A stretch of DNA of 63,995 nt, the filler included, from Blastocystis sp. subtype 4 (Eukaryota): NCBI RefSeq assembly GCF_000743755.1. It is 3 parts of 3 records of this genome, joined end to end, with 100 filler letters (N's around TTAATTAATTAA, not from the genome) between each part and the next. Parts side by side here need not be neighbours in the genome. Positions count along the whole stretch, not along the records: positions 1 to 22,789 come from NW_014569364.1; 2 more parts are not named here. The stretch is one strand, 5' to 3'. Shown here one piece after another: positions 1 to 12,050 of the stretch. The notes under the pieces are model-generated. The model was not told where the DNA came from and ran no database searches. It saw only the letters and a list, made by a program, of their open reading frames with translations. Made by a program: the position numbers and the translations under genes. Position 1 is the first letter of the stretch. Every line of letters begins with the position of its first letter.

Positions 1-1
1 A

Positions 2-112
2 GAGTACCCTGAGCTGGGTATGGAAGCTATCTGGAAGATTGAGGTTGTTGACTTCCCTGCCTTCCTGTTGGTGGATGATAAGGGAAACAACTTCTTTGAT
101 GGTCTACTGTAA
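2..112 (+). CDS. fumA: Class I (Fe-S) fumarate hydratase, C-terminal end (5' partial)
   Basis: Frame from position 2 reads [36 protein letters not shown], the conserved FumA/FumB C-terminus; TGTTTGTT follows at 121. Confidence 0.93.
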   Translation, partial: EYPELGMEAIWKIEVVDFPAFLLVDDKGNNFFDGLL

Positions 113-120
113 TTCTGAAG

Positions 121-128
121 TGTTTGTT
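121..128 (+). terminator. TGTTTGTT polyadenylation motif of the fumarase gene
   Basis: Exact motif 8 nt after the stop codon. Confidence 0.85.
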
Positions 129-145
129 GGAATCTTAGGAATAGT

Positions 146-153
146 AACAAACA
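146..153 (-). terminator. TGTTTGTT polyadenylation motif of the UBE2J-like gene
   Basis: AACAAACA on + strand; in-frame T at 158 lies 4 nt upstream of it on the minus strand. Confidence 0.85.
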
Positions 154-157
154 GACA

Positions 158-804
158 ACTTTTCATCTGGTAGTGGTGCTAAATGATCCACAATCTGACC
201 ACAAATGGGACAGCAATATGAACGTGACTACATCCTAAGAAACTATAGAAACATACCTTCTTCGCTAAATAACGTCTTTCACTCACACTTGTTTCAATAT
301 AACTGACTCCGAACCGATTCTCCGAATAGTCTTCCAAAAACACTTGAATCATTCGAACCATTGCCTCAACTATTCATAAAAGCAGACAAGAAGCCATACT
401 TGTAGTTGCCGGTTGCCACGTGTTAAGATGAAAGCCAGAGATACTCAAACAAATCTTCTGATTGATTGTATATCTGCCATTCTCCTAGAAATTGATTCCA
501 CTTACAACAAATACTGTAAGGAAATAGAAATCAGGAGCACCAATAGGATAATTATTGGGAAGGACGATACGACCATGATATACACCTCCTTCAAATGGTG
601 AACCCTTGGGTCCACGGACAGTAAAGTGCCATGACTGATTCTCTTTCTAAAAATGATGTAAATCATTTCATAATTACATCTACAGGACGATACCATACGT
701 AAGGATCCACACAATTATAGGCATTCTCAACCTCCTTGTAATAAGTCACCAATCGATTCTTCTACTCGTGCAAGACGCTTTGCCATACGTGGATCGATGG
801 GCAT
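158..804 (-). CDS. UBE2J1: Ubiquitin-conjugating enzyme E2, Ubc6/UBE2J family; stop probably completed by poly(A)
   Basis: Spliced translation WHFTVRGPKGSPFEGGVYHGRIVLPNNYP...NGRYTINQKICLSISGFHLNTWQP...LAKKSRSYCCPICG...PDEK followed by T|TGTC TGTTTGTT. Confidence 0.85.
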
Positions 805-991
805 TTTATAAAACTATGAGTCATTATAGATTTGTCACATTCCCGCGAACAGCTTTCAGATAAGGTAGTTGCGGGGATTTGTTTGTTATTCGTTCCTAGT
901 AATGACTACTTTACAGCTCAACATGTTATCATAGATGAGTCTATAATAACAAACACATCACAAGAAAGAAAAGGGGTATATACGCAGAAGC

Positions 992-1372
992 TCATCGAAT
1001 CTCCATTAGAAAATCAAATATATCAGTGTTTTTAATCGTATCCAATATCGATTTCTTTGTCAGAACGAGACGTTCATTGTCGTATTCTGCAAACTGCGTT
1101 GAACGAATTGTTATATCCATGATAAACATCTCGCAGGCCCGAGCAAAAATGACAGGAGTCTCCGCAGAGATCATGCGAACATCCTGATCTGATTTCATTA
1201 TTCGCTTTATCCTGGCAATAGGCAAGTCGTTATGTTTCTTGAAGTCCTTTTTGTCGTCTACAACGATTATGTCGAGATCCTTGATAGTACTTGTTCCGGA
1301 CTGTACACTATCTACTTGCGTTTTCCACATCCTGTCTAATTCATCCTCTACAGAAGTTGCACTATTCGACAT
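992..1372 (-). CDS. NFYC: NF-YC/HAP5 histone-fold CCAAT-binding subunit
   Basis: HNDLPIARIKRIMKSDQDVRMISAETPVIFARACEMFI...DIFDFL; motif at 948-955. Confidence 0.9.
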   Translation of the reverse strand: MSNSATSVEDELDRMWKTQVDSVQSGTSTIKDLDIIVVDDKKDFKKHNDLPIARIKRIMKSDQDVRMISAETPVIFARACEMFIMDITIRSTQFAEYDNERLVLTKKSILDTIKNTDIFDFLMEIR

Positions 1373-1592
1373 TCTATGGAAGTAATACTGTTTCCGAAAA
1401 GCAGGTAGACTTACTTCTCAGATAGTATATAATCTATGTACAAGGAAATATAACAAAACGAGTCCAAATCAAGAAGAATTCCTCTTCAGGTATTACTATT
1501 ATGATTTTTATAATCTTAGTGAATCACTGAACACTTAACACAATATCCTTTTTATTTGCGCCTACTGAAGTCTATCTCACTCTGAGCATTGA

Positions 1593-2623
1593 ATGCAAGA
1601 TACAACCGGAGAGTCTGCTCAATCTGCTGTGAAGGAGCAGGATACAAGGGGAGAATCATCCCCGTAGGAGTCTAATCTATGGAAGTAATGGATGTAGAGA
1701 TCCTATTCAGCCATTATCTCCTGATTTAGCCCGTGAGAGACTTGTGTATGAGAAATCCGCTCCTAATCGATTACGATATCGTAGTTTATCGTTAGGATCT
1801 CCTCCTTCGTTTTGTAAGATGAGATGAGTTTGTTGATTGTAGTTACTCCGCCAGATAGTCCTCAACGACCTTCGCGTAACTCTGATTCTGTTATATAAAT
1901 GTAGAGAAGAATCCTTATTCACCAATTCTCACAACGCATCAGAATCAGTTGCGTGTCTCTAGTTTGTTTTCGCCATATAAACGGCCTCAGTCACGATCTG
2001 CAATGTCTTCTCCAAGGATCAAAGCCACTGGTAGTTTTCTAATCATTTCTTGAAGAATAGAAACAGTGGCTGATCCGTTTGCTGTAGTTTATAACGAATA
2101 TATGATGGTGGAACCACGCTCCTCTAGAAGACGAGCATGTAATTGTGATTTGTTGGTTTTCCTGTAGTATCGTTTGGAGGGGTTGGAAAGAAGCTATTTC
2201 GAGAGAATAATCTTCCTCCATACCCAAATAGTCATTTGATTAGTTTTCCACAACTAACACCACCACTGTATGTATTTGTGTGGGCTGTGATGTTTAGCCG
2301 TCGTGCACGGTCTTCAGATACGTTGTCTCCAAAGCTATTACGTCACCCAAGTATTAATCATGTTCAGAGTCTTCATTTAACATTGGTATTTAATACGTAT
2401 GAATCGAAAGAGTGTAAATTAGCATAGTGTATCAAAAAGCATCCTATTTTCTGGGACTTCTCTAGAGGACTTGAAGAATGTCATTAACAGCAACTTTTTG
2501 TATTTACCAGTGGTGAAAGTGTGCATCGAACACCCTTCGATTCCAGATCAATTAGTTCGTATCACAGATATTGATCAATTGTATGATAATGCAACGATTC
2601 ATTTGATTCCTGCTAGTTTGTAA
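1593..2623 (+). CDS. Ser/Pro-rich hypothetical protein with a possible C-terminal ubiquitin-like domain
   Basis: Series of about 30-nt GT-AG introns on +; begins MQDTTGESAQ, ends SLEDLKNVINS...ITDIDQLYDNATIHLIPASL*; variant motif CGTTCGTT at 2630. Confidence 0.55.
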
Positions 2624-2661
2624 TATATACGTTCGTTTAATGTTTATGGAACAAACAACAG

Positions 2662-4107
2662 ATTCCTTCATCATATACAAACCCTTTGGATTCCTATTCA
2701 TCAACCACGACTTATAAACCCACGAAAAGAAATGAAAGAAGGAACACTCATTTTCACGAGCACATTTACCACATAAATAATCAGTACATATTCCATTTGT
2801 CCAACAAATCACTGATTCTGGGAGATACTCGACTTTCAACTGCATTCCAGCATAATAACGTCCTTGAAGTCCATTTAAGGCATTTGCACCTTCTTCTCGT
2901 GTCTCCCAAACAGCATATACATTACCTCGCAAATGGGGAATACTATTACTGCAAACATGAACATATAATAATTGGCCAAATTTTTGGAGTTCAGAAATAA
3001 GATCATAAAAGAACTCATTGTAGTCGTTTTGAACCTCTTCATCAGTGTACTAGCATAAAGTCACTCAATTATTATCTACTTCTAGATAGGCTGAGAGCGA
3101 ATCTTCGTGATCTCGGACTCTTGGATTAGAATACATATTCTACTTATCACAATTTCGATTTGAGATCAACATGAATCAAAACACCACGACTCCGTCGAGG
3201 GATGACATGTTGTAGTTTACAGGTTTCGCCAAATCGACAACAACCAGTTCGCAGATATGATAGACAATATTCTGTTTTTTCTGTGGTCGTTTTAGACACA
3301 GGTGGCTTTGGAGCGACTGAATCATGCTCTGCTACTCGTTTTCTATTATCAGTATGGATACAAAAACTCCTACGCAATCTCTCTCATGAGTGCCCGTTCT
3401 TTTCGTTCTGCTTGTTTCCTTTCCCACTCCAATTGGGCTTTTAGTTCTCGAGAATATTGGTCTTCCTATCCTAATCAAGATCACAGAGAATCTACCTCTA
3501 TCATTCGATTTCGCTCTTCCCATTTCCTTTCTTGTTCTTCATGCCATTTCATTTCACTTTCATCTACTTCAACCTCTTGACTCTAGAATTGATTAGCCTT
3601 CCAAGCCTTTACTTCCTTAATCAACGAATTAGCTAATAGAGTTACCTCTTTCCGTCGTATCCGTTTCCTTTTATTTTTTATTAGCTTTCTCTTCTCCTTA
3701 CGACTCAGATTATTCACTTTCATTGACAATACATCCCGAACCTCCTTATATGAGGGTGAAGGAACGAATATTGTTGATGTCTGACTTTCTGTCGTTAAGG
3801 GATTACCACAGGGAACTACAAAGCCATCAGGGTGAGTCATTGCAGACCATGATGAGTTGTAGTAAGGACTAGGAGGATATAGTGTGCGATTGAGATCAAA
3901 TTGTTCTTGATGCTGATTCATGAATTGTGTCAAAGAAAAGTGGACAAGTTGGTTTTTTACGGTCCGAATTATGGTCATGACGCATAGGACGCAATACCGA
4001 AACGCTATTGTAACTCCATATACTGATGGAGATCCCGGCAGTAGTGAGGTTGACAGTGAAGGAGCGTCCTGGGTTGACTGGATACTGACTAAAAAACTTC
4101 TTACCAT
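2662..4107 (-). CDS. ZRSR2: U2AF35-related splicing factor (ZRSR2/URP-like): CCCH, UHM, CCCH; stop probably completed by poly(A)
   Basis: Basic segment RKEKRKLIKNKRKRIRR, CLSYLRTGCCRFGETCKLQH, PHLRGNVY...GRYYAG, CTDYLCGKCARENECSFFH; ends MMKE T|CTGT TGTTTGTT (motif 2650-2657). Start uncertain (4107 or 3723). Confidence 0.8.
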
Positions 4108-4156
4108 ACTTCGGTGTGACGACTGTCTTTCGAGATGATCGCCCAACAAACAACAG

Positions 4157-5153
4157 CTAGGTCCACACAGTACCAAACGCGCTATTAGTATTCCTTAAGG
4201 TGGAACATTTTCATGTTCCGCTGTAGAGCTTGGATAGGTGGATGAACTAAGTTGAACCGTCTCTTCCAAAATACTAGGAGTCTGACTATTCGAAATATTC
4301 AGACAAATGGGATGAAGGAACTTATACAAACTCCCAATCAAACATAAGCAGAGACTAGTTTCACGTTCAGGGATTGACTGTTCAGGAACAATCGTGTATC
4401 CCTGACAATCACCATAATAGAATCTCATTGAAACTAAGACAGAATAATAAGCTATTGTATGTGGAGATAATGAAAGAGATACATATCCTAATGAATGAAG
4501 TGAAGAGAATGATCTTTACGAGTACAAACATTATCAATTATTATTTGAGCATATGATTCAAAACATTCAAATTTTATCTGTTTCAGTAAACGATAACTTA
4601 TTGTGTAGGGACATTCACATGTAATCCCAGATCCAGTAACAGATAAAATATAGCAAAGCGTATAATCAAGCCAAACTTTTGACTTGTTGTATTTCTCCTC
4701 AACTAGTCTTAATAGACTTGTCTAGAGATCATCAACTTGATGTACTCTGACAAAAGAACCAGTTGAAGGATTCGTCTTACAATCTTCTACACACAAATTA
4801 TACGAGGTAACTAGATAGAGACAAAGTCTCGATAATAACGGATACCAAGCGGAGTCTATACACACTCTGGACAGAAAAAGGTCTACAAGGTGCTGTGTCT
4901 TGTAGATCGCGGTGTGCGGCAAACTGGAGGTAGATTCGCTCTATATTCGATGCTACAATACACGCCTTACTGTAAGCATTTGACAATAGTTCCGTTCACG
5001 CATAGCAATAAATTTGGGGTTGCACTGTACACTGATAGCATAGTCATGATCAACAGTATCTTTTAAAAAATGAGATGGCGAGGAAGAATAAATAAGAAGT
5101 GGTTTAGTTAGCAAAGCAGGCGACTGCGTTGAAACTGACTGGAATGGATTCAT
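4157..5153 (-). CDS. Hypothetical protein(s), exon structure unresolved
   Basis: Short minus-strand ORFs between GT-AG segments; TAG at 4157-4159 followed 4 nt later by TGTTTGTT (4145-4152). Confidence 0.35.
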
Positions 5154-5291
5154 CAGAGAATCATTTTTGATATAGAGCTTCTATTTATGGTCTTGTCAAA
5201 AGTAGGTCCTGTGATTGGGTGATCAAACCTCAATGCTATGCAGTCTTTAATTTATTGACATGGACATTCTTATTCAAAAATACCAATACAG

Positions 5292-7611
5292 ATGTCTCAC
5301 GTGAAACAAGCTGATGTTGAAAGAACACGCTATTCCAGTCTATTTCGTGGATAATGATAGGTTGGCAATACTAACTGAAAGATACCATAAAGAATACGAG
5401 ATGAACTTCATTCGAGGAATAAGACATCATATAACCTGCCTAATCCTGAGAAGGTAAATAATCTGTTCTTACTTTTAGCCAGGATTTAGCTCCACTGATG
5501 AAATCGTAAACTGTTTCCATTTGACCTAATCCTAGTTTCGAGATAATAGCAATCCGGATTTTAAATATTATGGCGCAAGATCCATTTTGAATGGGAGTTT
5601 CAATGCGCAAACTTCTTCGACCATTTTCTCGACTATTATTGTGTACATTGCTAAATGGGAAACGTTTTAGATTGCTCCACTGCTGTACTTGCCATCCAGA
5701 AGGTTGTTATATCTTAGGAACCTGTTCAGGCCGAACCTACGATCCAGGATGGGCCTCCAGTAGAATCTACGATCCCTGCATTAGAACAGGAAGTGCCGCT
5801 AATGGAATCAAAAATCTGGTCGTATCTACGCGATTACTACAAACGCAACAATGCTGTGTTCAATGCGAACCCGGAGACTCCTACTTTCATTTCGAACAGT
5901 AGCTATATTGCTGATGTAGGAAATTTTGCCCCAACTGCTCTCATTCGCTAGAGCTATGCCAACGTAATTCTGAAGTTCCTTAGTGATTGGTACAGGAATC
6001 CTGCAGCGGATAAGTCCGAACCTGTATATATTTTGGAAGTTGGAGCAGGCCAAGGCCGTTTAGCGTATCTGATCTTGAAGAAGCTAACCAAAATGCAAAA
6101 ATTCTATCCCGAAGGAGTGAAGCTCCCATTTGTGTATATTTAATTGTGTCTGTTGAGTGTAGATACGTGATTTCGGACTACACAACGGAATCCATTTTAA
6201 AAATGAAACAGCATCCATGGTACGCCGAATATATAGCGCAAGGAGTGGTTGATTTTGCAGTTGTCGATTGCGAGTCTTCCGATGTGGTATTACCTTTCCG
6301 CTTTCTGTAATATAGATCACTCTGGAGTTAGCTAACAAGAAACTCACTCCTGATACGGTTAAAAACCCTCTTTTCCTCGTCGCGAATTATGTTTTTAGCA
6401 ATCTTCGCAACGATGCGATACGAATCGAAAATTCGAGTGTACTCCATGGTCTTCTTTCCCTTCTTTGCCCGCAAGATAATCCGGACATGGTGAACATTAT
6501 CCCTCATCTCCAGTTGTTCTTTCTATCTGAACTTACAGCTAGATTTATTTGGAAGTACACTGAATTAGCAGATAGTGATATGAATCAATACGATCCTGAT
6601 TTACAAGCGGTCATTCAGCGTTATCGAACTGAGATTCCTGTAGTCCTGTATATGTGTTTATAAATTAGAATGGAACTGTATTACTTCCTATCACAGTTCT
6701 GGCTTTCCTGAAAAAATGTCTCACTATTAGCAATCAGCGTTTGGTTGTCCTTTGTGGTGATATTGTATTATCTGTCTGTTATCCTTACGATTAGGGAAGC
6801 CGCATGATTACAAAGATTGCTGCACCTCAGAATCCATATATCAATATCCATGGTTCCTTCTCAATGCCTACAAACTTTCATGCAATTGATGCTTTTGTCG
6901 AGAATCATAATGGTCATGTCTTCAGTTCTCCTTATCTGGAGGGATTTAATGTATTTGTCTCAATTGCGGTTTTATGCTTAGAATACAGTGTATATTATGG
7001 GAATTGATCCCAAAACACTCCCTACTATGCGATGGATGATTCATCATGCCTTCTCCACATTCATTCCAGAATCATTCAACATTACGCAAAAATGTTTGAA
7101 AGAAGAGAGTAGTCCTTCACCTTCTGTTGCAGCTGTTATATCTGTATTGCGTTTAGCGAGATTTGATACAGATGTGTTCATGAAGTTCAAACAAGTGTTG
7201 ATTGAGCGTGGTGGATATGCTGGTTCTTCTCCTGCTACAAGAAAGGATATTTTATTTGATTTGAGTGGCGTACGCAGTCAATACTATCCCATCAAATCTA
7301 CTTATGATGTGTGTTTTGAATTGGCTCGTATTCATATGGGAATTAAAGTAAGTGAATGAGATAAGTGTGATATATAGGAATATGATACAGCTATCAAACT
7401 GTTTTCTGATTCAAATGCCAACTGTGCTGATCATCACGTTACTTGGCATAATATGGGTATGTGTTACGAGTATAAAGAAGATATTGAGAATGCAAAGAAG
7501 TGCTATCAGAAATCCTTGGAGCTGAAACCCTCCTATCGTGAATCAAAGCTACGTCTAAGTAAATTAGCTACAGAGCCACGTGGAGAATCTGCTGCTGTAG
7601 GTATTCAATAA
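5292..7611 (+). CDS. SAM-dependent methyltransferase (MidA/DUF185-like) with C-terminal TPR
   Basis: ESKIWSYLRDYY...FISNSSYIA...PVYILEVGAGQGRLAYLIL...VANYVFS; TPR segment TWHNMGMCYEYKEDIENAKKCYQKSLELKP. Confidence 0.75.
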
Positions 7612-7715
7612 GAGCGTGTAATCTGTTTACTAAAACAACGAAGATTTATAGAATTAGTGCATCCAATCAAAGCAAGTCTTTCTTCCCCGTTATCAGAAAA
7701 AGAAGAATCACAATC

Positions 7716-8808
7716 ATGGAACTATCTGACGGAAATGCAAAAGATGCGCGTATAACAGAACTCGAAGTAGGATATGAAGTATGAGAACAAGAGTAGAATC
7801 AGCTTGCAACGGAAAAAGAAAGAAATACTGTCTTAGAACAAAAGATTGTAGAGTTGAAACAGCGGATTATCGATCTTGTATGTGTTTAAGGAGGAATTGA
7901 TTCCTAGAGCACCAAATCCGAAGCAGAAGAAGAGGCTATTACTCTAAAGGTAACAAAAACAGGATATATGGATCTAATTCTTAGTTAATGCGGCGAATGA
8001 ATGAGTTGAAGAAAGAGAAAGAAGATCTTATGAAGCAAGTCGATGTAGAGGAAGACCACATCACAAATACCTTATTAAAGAAACTTGATGCTGTAGGGAG
8101 TTGATTCTTGTTGTGATGGATAGTTACAGAAGGAAAAAGCTACCTTGGAGCAGAAATTGGAATATGAACAGGAATGCATGGTGAATCGTCTTCAACGACA
8201 GATCCAGGCGATTCATCGTGAAAAGACGTTGGCTTATTGTTTTGAATTCATTCTAGGGAGCTCCGAAATCGTTTGCGTGATGATACCCAGGTCTTGTTAC
8301 GAACCATTCAACAGAGCATTGATCTTCTTCAGATGGCTCGTAGTGCATCTGCAACTCCTGCCTTAGAGTAGTTGTATGGATCAATATTAATTCTAGGCCT
8401 CATCCTATTGATGTACCTGCTGAAATGGAGGAAGTACGGAAACGTCTGCAACCCCTAAGTTCTTCTCCAAAATTGGCTCCGTCTTCTGGTACATTAGTGA
8501 TGCCTTCGTCCCCTCTTCGTGGACCTCAGGACATGATGATCGAGGTTAGTCTGAAATTGGTTTATCACGAATAGGGAGAACGGAAAATGAAAGAATTGCT
8601 ACATGTGGTAAATGGAATGGAGAAGGCGCTCTCTGGAAACGTCGATCCCTATGATTCGCTTCCTCCCATGCCCACCTACATTGGAGGAGTGGCATTAGAT
8701 GACCCAACAACGCGTCTACGTACAGGAAGCATCTCTTCGGCAAGATCGCGTTCAAACAGTATTGTTGGAGCTCGTGACCGCTCACGACATGCCAGTATGA
8801 GTGAATAG
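7716..8808 (+). CDS. CCDC6: CCDC6/H4-like coiled-coil protein (DUF2046)
   Basis: EAEEEAITLKLMRRMNELKKEKEDL...EEDHITNTLLKKL...LEQKLEYEQECMVNRL. Confidence 0.8.
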
Positions 8809-8844
8809 TTTGTGTATCTTATCGTCTTTGTTGTTCTTAAAGAC

Positions 8845-9946
8845 ATGAGTTTGACAAGAATGTTCATTTCGATTTCGAATGCTTTATTACTGGTGTTTTT
8901 GTATTGGAATGCTGGTTGTAGGAGGTATTCAAGCAACATCTTTGGAGAATACGTTGTATTCGCATTATTAGGTCCTAATCAGTAGAAATGCGTTCCGCAT
9001 TTTGGATAAACCAGATCTTGTGCCTTCTGCTCTTCAATTCCTCCAGTTCACTTATTATGACCCAAAACAGATCGGATCAGGAGTCGGAGGAGAGTTGATT
9101 TTGAATCTACAAGATCCTGTTGATTGGAGTGAACTGTGTCCACTATTCTTGAATATTCTTCCTTGTGTTCGAATCAAACAGTGTATTCCAGATTCCGAAG
9201 AATATGATTATGACCTTTTGGATGTCATTCCTCTTCCTAAAGGAACTCCATTTTATCGTTCATCTGTTTTACTTAATCCCGGTCATTCAATTCAATATGA
9301 ATCCTGTTCAACAGCACCTCATTGGAGAATAACGATGTGGAAGGAGGATCAGTGGATCATTCAGACTCACACATTGGAGCCTCCAGTCATAGAAAATACA
9401 CTTCAGATTCGTGTAACACATCCTTCTGGATTTCACCATCAACTTCATATTGTTGCAAATACTACTTACGACCATGGAATTGCGATATATTTACCTAAAG
9501 AAGTCTATGTGGATAAGTATGAATTGCAGAACCTGTATCGTCGTAATCAGCTCCCTCTCTATGTTACAACAACCCCCTATTCAGATGTAGAAACGATAGC
9601 AGAAGAGTCCCATCCTCAAATCCTATTTCTCTTTGGGAATACTACTTCACCAATCGATTGTACTCTTCCCGTTCATATGCGATATGCCTATCCAAGTGAC
9701 AAAGTTCCTTTTCATCAGGCTCATATCAATCCCATATTCTTGTTTACAAGAGAGAATGTAATGACCGGTTTCTCGATTGAAAGATAGAATGATACTAGAT
9801 GGATCCGTCATCCCTCTCAAGGAATTACTCTATCCATTCCAGTAGGAAACAAACATCATAAACCATTTGTAACTTTGATTACGAATGTCCTACTTCTTTT
9901 GTCAGCAGTACTTCTTGCCTTTGAGTTTTATCTGCTCTTGTTCTAA
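8845..9946 (+). CDS. PIGX: PIG-X/PBN1 subunit of GPI mannosyltransferase I
   Basis: LPKEVYVDKYEL, DVETIAE, LPVHMRYAYP, IPVG followed by a C-terminal transmembrane segment. Confidence 0.75.
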
Positions 9947-9989
9947 CAAACAATTCCAGTAATATACCACTTCATTGGACAATCAACAC

Positions 9990-10585
9990 TTAGTCGAGAT
10001 TGACGTCCTTCTCAGTGTACTTTCCAGCAGCCTTGTGAGCAGCCTTGCGCTCAAGGATGTTCTGACGGTCCTTGTTCAGCTTCAGCTCAGTGATCTCAAC
10101 CTTGGAAGCATCAACACCAACCTTGCAGGAAGATCCGTTCACCTTCTCGCGAGTGAGTCCTTCGATGTGAATCACCCACTTTCTTCTGTAGACTTCAGTG
10201 ACCTTTCCCTCTCTGCCCTTGAAAGAACCACGAGTGACCTTCACTTTATCTCCCTTGACAACGGGAATAGCATTCACCTAAATATAATCCCACATCTCTG
10301 AATCTACGTTGTACTTATCCTTGAGGGCCTTGCTCAGAGGAGAAGACATCATCACACGACGAATATGAGAAGGAGCAGTGAAATGAGCCTTGCGGGTAGT
10401 ACGACGGGAAGAAGAGACACAAGGACTAGAAAAATGGTTAATCCTGTTGAAACAGTCTCAAATAAATGGTAGACCAATTGGAAGGAATGGAACTGCATCC
10501 TCTAAAGAGATTACCACCAACCACTCCCATCGTCTCCATTCTTAGCTACTCTGTTCACTTCAAAATCTACATACTTGAACTTCAT
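9990..10585 (-). CDS. RPL26: 60S ribosomal protein L26 (uL24)
   Basis: [36 protein letters not shown]...[15 protein letters not shown]; first intron is 149 nt (10426-10574). Confidence 0.97.
10442..10556 (-). ncRNA. Candidate intronic H/ACA snoRNA in RPL26 intron 1
   Basis: H box AGAGGA (10498-10503), stem GCAGUU/GACUGU, ACA at 10445-10447, inside an intron about five times the local length. Confidence 0.5.
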
Positions 10586-10732
10586 TCTAGCAGTGATGAA
10601 CTGGTATATATTCTGTAATCGCAAGACCAGAAAGCACGGCAGAATCGATCGATAAATGACCGGTTTCACTCCGTCTCTTTCTCTGTATAAATTCAATCAT
10701 GAAATTGAATCCTCTTTCTCAACAAACAAATG

Positions 10733-12008
10733 AATTTCTAGTAGCAAATGGTACATAGTATATTTATGAGTAGAGTTTAAACCCTTATGTAGATGGAATT
10801 ACAATTCGGCTGAGGGAAGCATTTCAGTACTTGGTAAACACTTTTCCTTGCTCGGAATCGAAGAGATGCCTTTATTTGGAATCGAAGTGATATCCTTGCT
10901 CGATACCAACGACACTTCGTTAGTTGCAGTGAACGATATATCACTCTGCTGTAGGATTGCAGAGGAATCAAATGTCAACATAAATGAAACTAATGTGGAG
11001 TAATACTCTTCTTCAACAGTTGATACTGCAGGCGCTACGATACAACATATGCATGGATATGGAAACGAAACTAAGCACTACTAGTTAAATGGGAACCAAA
11101 TCCAAACATGACACTTCTCACTTCCATTAGGGATGTTATTATGATAAAACCCCTGAAGCTTTAATACCACATCTTTAGAGTTGTTTTCAAAATATGGAAG
11201 TAACTTCTATTATTCAACAATCCCTTTAAACCACACTTTTTGGGAACGCACAGGACAAAACTGGTCGTGAGTTCCATAAATCAAACATTTGGGACATGTT
11301 ACTTTGGATAGATACTTGATACAGCTAAGTCTGTCCATTTTCATCTTCATAGATTTGCTAGCAAATAGAGAAGTCCAACCAAGGATATCTCGAATACTAA
11401 CAAATGCACACTCCAAAATGATACCAGCGATATTCGGAATCATTGAGGCCAGATAGCATACTGCTACACAACCCAATGACTTTCCATATCTGCATATTAT
11501 GTAACGATTGTCGATTACAAGACCAACGGCATTCCTTCATAAGAACCAGTCTGAAAGAAATTCGTTGCTGCTTCAACAACTCGAAAGAAGTTATCAATTG
11601 TGCACTCTTCTGTAGAGAGTCCATATCCAGGATACTCAACAGCCACAACAGTTTTCGATAACTACATGAGATCCAACATGTAGTCATGATACTTGTTTAG
11701 AAAGACATTTTACACATTCAAGTAAGAGTGATCCCAAAACATTGCTATTGGAATGGAAATAGAGTAATATCCCAGTCGGTCTATTCATAAATACTCCTTC
11801 TCTATCGTAACTGAGATGGTTCTACCACAATACAGTGAAATATCGTATTTCCCATTCTGAAAACGTGATAGCAATCTTGGAAACGAATAAATTCACTCTC
11901 CTTTTGTCTACAGATGAGTTTCTCTCGTTGACAGCACATCATGGCCTTCTTCTTGGCATTTGGAAATGCACCTCGAAAGACATAGTACTCTAAAGTCCCA
12001 AGAACCAT
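10733..12008 (-). CDS. Alpha/beta hydrolase (ABHD17/ABHD13-like)
   Basis: ILLYFHSN, VEYPGYGLS, nucleophile GKSLG, ILECAFVSI, LIYGTHDQFCP. 3' end approximate; motif at 10721-10728. Confidence 0.8.
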
Positions 12009-12050
12009 TCGTCTTTCAAGAACCGATCTGAGATATATAAGAAACAATCA

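Noticed and set aside
1707..2227. Minus-strand ORFs of 62-72 aa
   Set aside because: Splice signals and the terminal motif support a plus-strand gene at 1593-2623; these are antisense shadows.
3583..4176. Apparent fusion of the upstream hypothetical gene to ZRSR2
   Set aside because: A TAG plus exact motif at 4145-4159 terminates the upstream gene.
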